DNA of 64,000 nucleotides from an uncultured Thermotogaceae bacterium (GTDB lineage Bacteria; Thermotogota; Thermotogae; MWEM01): NCBI GenBank assembly GCA_964462525.1, contig CAYWWY010000007.1, positions 19,963 to 83,962 of the forward strand, read 5' to 3'. Shown piece by piece: positions 58,122 to 64,000 of this stretch (position 1 is its first letter; each line of letters starts with the position of its first letter). The notes under the pieces were generated by a model. It saw only the letters and a program-made list of their open reading frames with translations, ran no database searches and was not told where the DNA came from. The position numbers and the translations under genes were made by a program.

Positions 58122-58873
58122 ACTCCTTCTCTCGTTTCCATACAACGAATGCAAGCTTCGTATCCAGAGGCGGCAAGGATATCCAGAATTATAGTCGGAT
58201 TTCCTGAACAACCAATAACACCTTTATGCATAATATGCGCTTTGTCAACGGGAAGGTGTTTGAGAATATTGCAACTATGTGTGATGATTAATCCCGTTTT
58301 TTGTTGAGCGGGGCATCTTTCATCCATTGAAAATAGCCGATGGATCAACCCACCCACAATAGAAAGCGCCTCGACGTCTAACCCGGAGTCAGGTTCGTCC
58401 ATCATGGAGAATATAGGGGAAGTTACAAGCAACTGCAGCAATTCAGATCTTTTGATTTCCCCACCCGAAAGTCCTTCGTGAATGTTTCGGTCCAGAAAAC
58501 ACTGCATTTGAGCCTCTCTTGCAAGTTCCATAATGTTGAAAGATAACTTTGAGCGCTTGTTTGCATGTTCCAACACATTCCTCAATGTAACGCCTTGAAT
58601 GGTGGGAGGCCGTTGTTGCGAGATCCCGATCCCGAGTTTCGCGCGTTGAGTGATGCTAAGATCTGAAATATCTTGCCCTTTGAACCGAATTCGACCCCGT
58701 GTAATATCGTACCCTGAAAATCCCATGATTGTCATCATAAGGGAAGTCTTCCCGCTTCCATTTTGCCCCAGAAGAGCATGCACCTCCCCTTCGGGAATAA
58801 TCAGATTAACATTGCGTAACAGCTCTTTCCCATCTGCTTCAACAAAAAGGTCTTCAATTTCTAGTAGGTTCAT
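58118..58873 (-). CDS. sufC: Fe-S assembly ATPase SufC (SmsC-like)
   Basis: GQNGSGKT, LSGGEIKRSE, DEPDSGLD, C-terminal YEACIRC. Confidence 0.85.
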   Translation of the reverse strand: MNLLEIEDLFVEADGKELLRNVNLIIPEGEVHALLGQNGSGKTSLMMTIMGFSGYDITRGRIRFKGQDISDLSITQRAKLGIGISQQRPPTIQGVTLRNVLEHANKRSKLSFNIMELAREAQMQCFLDRNIHEGLSGGEIKRSELLQLLVTSPIFSMMDEPDSGLDVEALSIVGGLIHRLFSMDERCPAQQKTGLIITHSCNILKHLPVDKAHIMHKGVIGCSGNPTIILDILAASGYEACIRCMETREGV

Positions 58874-58941
58874 GCCTTTTATGATCCTCCTGAAAATCAA
58901 TGGATTTTTTCTTTGGATTATGTCAACCCTTTTTCCATATC

Positions 58942-60714
58942 TCAGTTTTCTGATTTTCCATTAAATTCTTCACCAATGAGCGTTCGGAAGTAGGGGCAGT
59001 TTTTCATCAGTTCTTCATATGTACCCTTTCCCACGATCCGTCCATCTTTTATGGCGACAATCCGATCCGCGCTTCGGATGATGGAAATTCGATGCGCGAT
59101 CACTAGAGTAGCGCGCCTCTTTTTCAAACTCTGAATGGCCTGATTTATGAGTCGTTCGTTTTCTGAGTCTAAACTCGCACTAATTTCATCCAACACCAAC
59201 ACAGGAGAGCCTTTCAAGAAAGCTTGGGCAATGGATAACCGTTGCTTTTCTCCACCTGACAAACGGAGGCCCCGTTCACCGATGATTGTGTCATATCCCT
59301 CTGGCAACTGTTTGATAAAGCAGTCTGCTCGAGCCTTTTTCGCTGCTGCTCGGATCTCCTCATCTGTTGCGCCAGGGCATGAAAGGCGAAGATTCTCAGC
59401 TACATTGACATTAAACAAGTATACATCCTGTGGGACTACAGTTACGATTTCTCGTAAACTTTCCAAAGGCGTTTCACGAATATCCATGGAATTAATGCAG
59501 ATACTTCCGCTATTCACGTCCCAAAATCTCTGTAAAAGCCTCGCGACAGTAGTTTTCCCGCTACCTGAAGCACCAACCAAAGCAAGCGTTTCTCCCGTTC
59601 GGAAAGAAAAATCTATATTGCGTAAAACTGGGGGATTTTGGTCTTTGGATTCCTCTGCGGGGTAGGTGAAAGAAACGTTTCGGAACTGAACAACAATGTC
59701 TTTCCCATCGTAATCAAATCGTGTTTTTCCGTTATCTGACACCAATGGCTCTTTCTCTAGCAAGTTGAGCACCCGTTGCGCCGCTCCAAAAATCAAACCG
59801 TAGTTCGTGCTCATGTTCAGAGCTTCGAAAATTGGTGAGAAGATCGCTGCGGATAAAACGAATAGCGGCATCAACCACAAAGGAGATATACTTCCGTATC
59901 CAACCAGCGTTGTGGCAGTTATATAGGCAGCAAGGGTTGCTACTTCTATAAGCAGGATGATTCTGCGGTTTTCATTCGCGCGCCGTTTAGCGTATGTCAT
60001 CGACGCTCCAGAATACTCCGCGTTGGCCTGGAAAAAACGGCTGAAATACTCTTGCTGCCACTGAAATGAAATAATATCCTTTATCCCCTGTACCCCATCA
60101 ACGATTATCGCGCTAAGCTTTCCCGTTGTTTGGCGAACTTGTGCTCCCTGGGAATCGGAATGGTGGGAAGAATGCTTGGGAATCATGATCAATAGCGCGA
60201 TAAAAGGCAGTATCACAACGGGCAGGGCCCATGAAAAAATCCCCATAAAGACCAGAGCGGCTGTTGGAACCATTACCGCTACGATAATCTGACTGATCGT
60301 ATGAGCATAGTACCATTCAAGCGTTTCCACATCGTTAAGAATAATGCTGATCATATCTCCACTTCGTTTATCCATAAGAGCCGCAGGAGCCAACTCATCT
60401 AGCTTATCATAGCACTTATCCCTTAGCTTCGTCAGTATCCGATATGCCATGTCGTGTCCGACCAACAGGTCCAGATAGGAAAAAGCCCCCATTAGGAGTA
60501 CAAGAACTCCTGCGATAATCATCAGATGGATCACTTCAGCATGATTCCCCATAAGCACTGAGCCAACAAGATAGGATGTAACAAGAGCAGTTATTAATGG
60601 GAGCAGCTTATAGATGAGGTTGAATAGGACCGCAAAAAAGAGATATACCCCAAAGCCCTTGATGTGCTTCGTCAGTGCGAACGCGTATTTTATTCTTGGT
60701 TTTTCATTCTTCAT
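58942..60714 (-). CDS. ABC transporter fused TMD-NBD (CydC/IrtB-like)
   Basis: 6 TM helices, GASGSGKT, LSGGEKQR, LDE. Confidence 0.88.
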   Translation of the reverse strand: MKNEKPRIKYAFALTKHIKGFGVYLFFAVLFNLIYKLLPLITALVTSYLVGSVLMGNHAEVIHLMIIAGVLVLLMGAFSYLDLLVGHDMAYRILTKLRDKCYDKLDELAPAALMDKRSGDMISIILNDVETLEWYYAHTISQIIVAVMVPTAALVFMGIFSWALPVVILPFIALLIMIPKHSSHHSDSQGAQVRQTTGKLSAIIVDGVQGIKDIISFQWQQEYFSRFFQANAEYSGASMTYAKRRANENRRIILLIEVATLAAYITATTLVGYGSISPLWLMPLFVLSAAIFSPIFEALNMSTNYGLIFGAAQRVLNLLEKEPLVSDNGKTRFDYDGKDIVVQFRNVSFTYPAEESKDQNPPVLRNIDFSFRTGETLALVGASGSGKTTVARLLQRFWDVNSGSICINSMDIRETPLESLREIVTVVPQDVYLFNVNVAENLRLSCPGATDEEIRAAAKKARADCFIKQLPEGYDTIIGERGLRLSGGEKQRLSIAQAFLKGSPVLVLDEISASLDSENERLINQAIQSLKKRRATLVIAHRISIIRSADRIVAIKDGRIVGKGTYEELMKNCPYFRTLIGEEFNGKSEN

Positions 60715-62468
60715 AAGCCTGTCCTACTTTCATCTGGCTTCCCATCAGTTTTCGATATACAGAGACTGTATGCGTCAGCTCCTCGTGTGTACCTTTTGCA
60801 TGTACCCTTCCTGTATCCATAATGATTATCTGGTCTGCATTTTGAATAGTGCCCAAGCGATGAGCGATGACCAGCGCTGTTTTTCCCCTGCTTAGTCGGG
60901 CGAATGCATCCTGAATTGCGATTTCGTTCTTCCGGTCGAGAGACGATGTAGCTTCATCCAGAATCACAATCGGGGGATTTCTCAAAAAAACACGGGCAAG
61001 GGCAATCCTCTGACGCTCTCCGCCGGAAAAGCGCATTCCGCGCTCGCCGATCATCGTATGGTACCCTTCGGGTAGGCTATCGATAAAATCGTGGATGTTT
61101 GCTTGTTTTCCGGCTTGTACAATTTCTTCTTTCGTAGCGTCTGGTTTTCCAATCCGGATATTATCCTCCACCGTCCCATAAAACATATGGCAGTCTTGCC
61201 AGACGACCCCGATCTGTTCTTGCGCTAAACTGACATTTTGGGCACTTAGCGCAATCCCCCCGATCGAAATCACTCCATCACGAACTGCGTAGAAACCAGC
61301 CAGAAGGCTCGCGATCGTCGACTTTCCACTACCAGATGCTCCAACAAGAGCTGTCGTTGTCTGGTATGGCACAAAAAAAGAGACTTTTTTCAGAACATCG
61401 CCATCCAGTTCGTTATACGCAAAACAGACATGATCAAAAGAAATATCCCCGCTTACACACGTTTTGGTCTGATGATTGATCCCAGTTTCAGATAGCAACG
61501 AACGCGTCACCGGCTCATCGATGGTTTTTTTTATCCGATAAGAAGCTGTCACGCCCCGATAGCCGAAATGCCACGCTGATATAAGCGCATAGAACGGGAC
61601 AAAGCATGCGCCAATCAAAAACAGGGCATAAACAAGGTCTTCTTGAGCCATATTTCCGATTGCGGTTTGATACGCAGCGACCGCAATAGAAAAAGCGCTG
61701 CCTAATCCTGCGAATAATTGAAGAACAAAGGTTTCAAGCATAGTAATCCGTAGGTGGCCCATTATTGCCTGCCGGAGTTGTTCCCCTTTTTTATGGATCA
61801 TTTGCTTTTGGCGCGCGTTGGCATTGAAGGCTTTAAGAGTCGTTATGCCCTGAACACTGTCAAGACAGTCGCTGTAGTATTGGGCATGCATCCTCATCTC
61901 CTCAGCGCCTCGTTTTCGCATAAGGAAATAGAACACCATCGGGCAAATCAACAGACCCGCGCTCGAAACAAAACAAACCACCGCAGCAAGGGAGTTGAAT
62001 GATGCAATGATACTGATGATTATGCTTGCGTTGATTATTGATGAGACTGCAGCAGGTAAATAAATGGTGTAGTATTCATTGAGAAACTCCACCATGGTGG
62101 ATATCGTCGATGTGATATCTCCTGTACGCCTTTGGCTTGTATATGCTGGTCCAAGTGAAAAGATCTTTTTGAGAAGACTGTCTCGAAGAGAAGTTTTTAA
62201 TTGCCAAACCACATTGCTCCGAAACGACAGCTTTAACCTGCGCAAGAACATAGCGAGCAACAATGACAACTGCAATAAAAAGGAATACTTGCCAAAACTC
62301 GGCGAATATAAGAATCCTCGTTTCCCCTTGGATCATGCGGACCCCGAAGGCAATCCCAAGCGATACCATTGATGCGAGCAAAGTGATAAAAAGCTGAAGA
62401 GCGCAGGTTTCAATGATTTTTTTCTCAAACCCTTTGACAAAAGCAATCAAGTGGCGATTTACAAACAT
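60704..62468 (-). pseudogene. ABC transporter fused TMD-NBD (CydD-like) with a +1 frameshift at 62194-62198
   Basis: ORFs 62076-62468 and 60704-62275 join as ...EQCGLAIK/TSLRDSLLKK... if one base of the T5 (A5) run is removed. Confidence 0.8.
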
Positions 62469-62498
62469 GAAGTCTCCTTTTCCCCTCCATCATCATAA

Positions 62499-63998
62499 TC
62501 AAGTGGACGAAGCTTCGCTTTGCCTGTACAGCATCTGAGCAAACCATCCATTTTCTTCCTTCAGTTCTTCCGGAGAACCCATTTCTCGGATTCTGCCTTG
62601 TTCCAATACAACAATCTTGTCGGCGTTTGCGATGGTACGCATTCGATGGGCAATGATCAAGACCGTTTTCTCACGCACCAATTCGGAAAGTGCGGACTGG
62701 ATCTTGGTTTCGTTTTCAACATCGAGAGAAGCGGTTGCTTCGTCCAAAAGAATAATTGGAGCATCTTTCAACAAAGCTCTTGCAATTGAAATTCGTTGTC
62801 TTTCGCCCCCAGAAAGGGTTTCACCGTTTTCTCCCAGGACTGTCTGATACCCATTCGGCAGTTTCCGGACAAAACTATCGCATTGGGCAATTTTGGCAGC
62901 ATGGACGACTTCTTCGTCGGTCGCGTCACGCTTTCCGATGCGGATGTTGTCCATGACCGTCGAATTGAACAGAACAACATCCTGAAAAACCACGGCAAAG
63001 CTTTCCAAAAGGGTTTCTGGAGAAATGGCGCCGATATCTTGGCTCCCTAAGAAAATTTTGCCTGTGTCCGCATCCCAAAATCGGGCTGAAAGCTTCGCTG
63101 TTGTGCTCTTTCCGCCTCCTGAAGGGCCTACCAATGCTGTTATTTCGCCTTGATTCGCGGTAAAAGAAAGGTCATGAAGAACCTGTTTGCCTTCTTCGTA
63201 TGAAAACCCGACATGATCAAAAGTTATGGTATATCCATCTGGTTGAAACTGGGTCCGTCCAGATTGCACAGGCAACAGATCGATATCCTTGGTCCGTTGA
63301 ATGCGGACATCTAAGTAAAAAAGAGCAGCCATGTTGTTGAACACTTCGCTGATCGGGTTATAGATCCGTGAGGCAACAATGAGAAACATGAGGTAAACAA
63401 AGAAATCCACTTGGCCGATTGCCAATAAATTCGCTCCCACGATGATGACACTGGCCAAGCCTAACTTAAGAAAGCTTTCCGCTGATTTTAGGAGCCCACC
63501 GGTTATAATCTCTACACGGACAAGGTTTTGTTCGAAAGCATCCGCTTTTTTTCTCAAATCCTCAAGGTATGATGATTCCTGATGATACGCTTTGATCTCT
63601 TGGATCGTTTCAATCCCTTCCTGGATTGCTTCGCTCATGGCAAGCTTTACCTTAAGGACTTTTTCAAATCCCTGTCTTTGCATTTTTTTCGAAATCATGA
63701 TGGCCAAACCCGAAATGGGGACAACCCAAAAGAGAGCCAAAGCAAGCTGCCATTGGTAGAAAAATAACCCAATAGCGATTATGGTCAGGCTAATCAACGA
63801 TGCAAACAATTGGGGCACAGCGTGCGAAAAGGTGTGTTCTAATTCGGTACAATCCTCCATAATAGTAGAAGTTAGATCCGTAAGGTTTTTCTCCCCGAAA
63901 AAGGCTAATGGAAGCTTCCTAAGTTTTTCGGCAAGATGAATTCTTCGACTTGCGCTTTCTTCATAGATTACCGTGTACGTGCTTCTATATTGGAGAAC
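62499..63998 (-). CDS. ABC transporter fused TMD-NBD (YbtQ/IrtB-like), 5' truncated by window edge
   Basis: Frame open to the window end (EESASRRIHLAEKLRKLPLAFF), GPSGGGKS, LSGGERQR, LDEATA. Confidence 0.88.
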   Translation of the reverse strand, partial: VLQYRSTYTVIYEESASRRIHLAEKLRKLPLAFFGEKNLTDLTSTIMEDCTELEHTFSHAVPQLFASLISLTIIAIGLFFYQWQLALALFWVVPISGLAIMISKKMQRQGFEKVLKVKLAMSEAIQEGIETIQEIKAYHQESSYLEDLRKKADAFEQNLVRVEIITGGLLKSAESFLKLGLASVIIVGANLLAIGQVDFFVYLMFLIVASRIYNPISEVFNNMAALFYLDVRIQRTKDIDLLPVQSGRTQFQPDGYTITFDHVGFSYEEGKQVLHDLSFTANQGEITALVGPSGGGKSTTAKLSARFWDADTGKIFLGSQDIGAISPETLLESFAVVFQDVVLFNSTVMDNIRIGKRDATDEEVVHAAKIAQCDSFVRKLPNGYQTVLGENGETLSGGERQRISIARALLKDAPIILLDEATASLDVENETKIQSALSELVREKTVLIIAHRMRTIANADKIVVLEQGRIREMGSPEELKEENGWFAQMLYRQSEASST

Positions 63999-64000
63999 CG

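Noticed and set aside
1-64000. CRISPR arrays, tRNA/rRNA, IS elements, prophage and known defence systems
   Set aside because: No regularly spaced repeats, cloverleaf or rRNA signatures, or transposase, integrase or phage genes recognised by eye

Overview
64 kb of bacterial chromosome, moderate GC, with gene content typical of an anaerobe (Thermotogota-like is an inference only). No rRNA, tRNA, CRISPR array, integrase or transposase was recognised. In order: a GH38 alpha-mannosidase/ThuA/Gfo sugar operon; an orphan corrinoid protein; two c-di-GMP signalling proteins; purine uptake genes (NCS2, BMP ABC); a PadR module; a patchwork of small-molecule-modifying genes (GNATs, GT1, nucleotidyltransferases, methyltransferase); a clear fluoride riboswitch controlling a cation/proton antiporter plus CBS protein; a vWA + HTH pair; an orp-like MinD/NifX/DUF134 operon; an OmpR two-component system; and a ~16 kb minus-strand iron/Fe-S region (ABC transporters, SufCB, Fur-like box, feoAA, split feoB, G3E GTPase, permease-less ABC ATPase and two binding proteins). 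The best novelty candidates are (1) an operon missing from the ORF track that encodes two paralogous 33-aa peptides ending [YF]xLG[FY]RA (34967-35197), (2) the fluoride-riboswitch-controlled CPA antiporter as a non-canonical fluoride exporter, and (3) the split-FeoB/GTPase/cytoplasmic binding-protein module. All product calls come from motif recognition by eye; no database searches were run.
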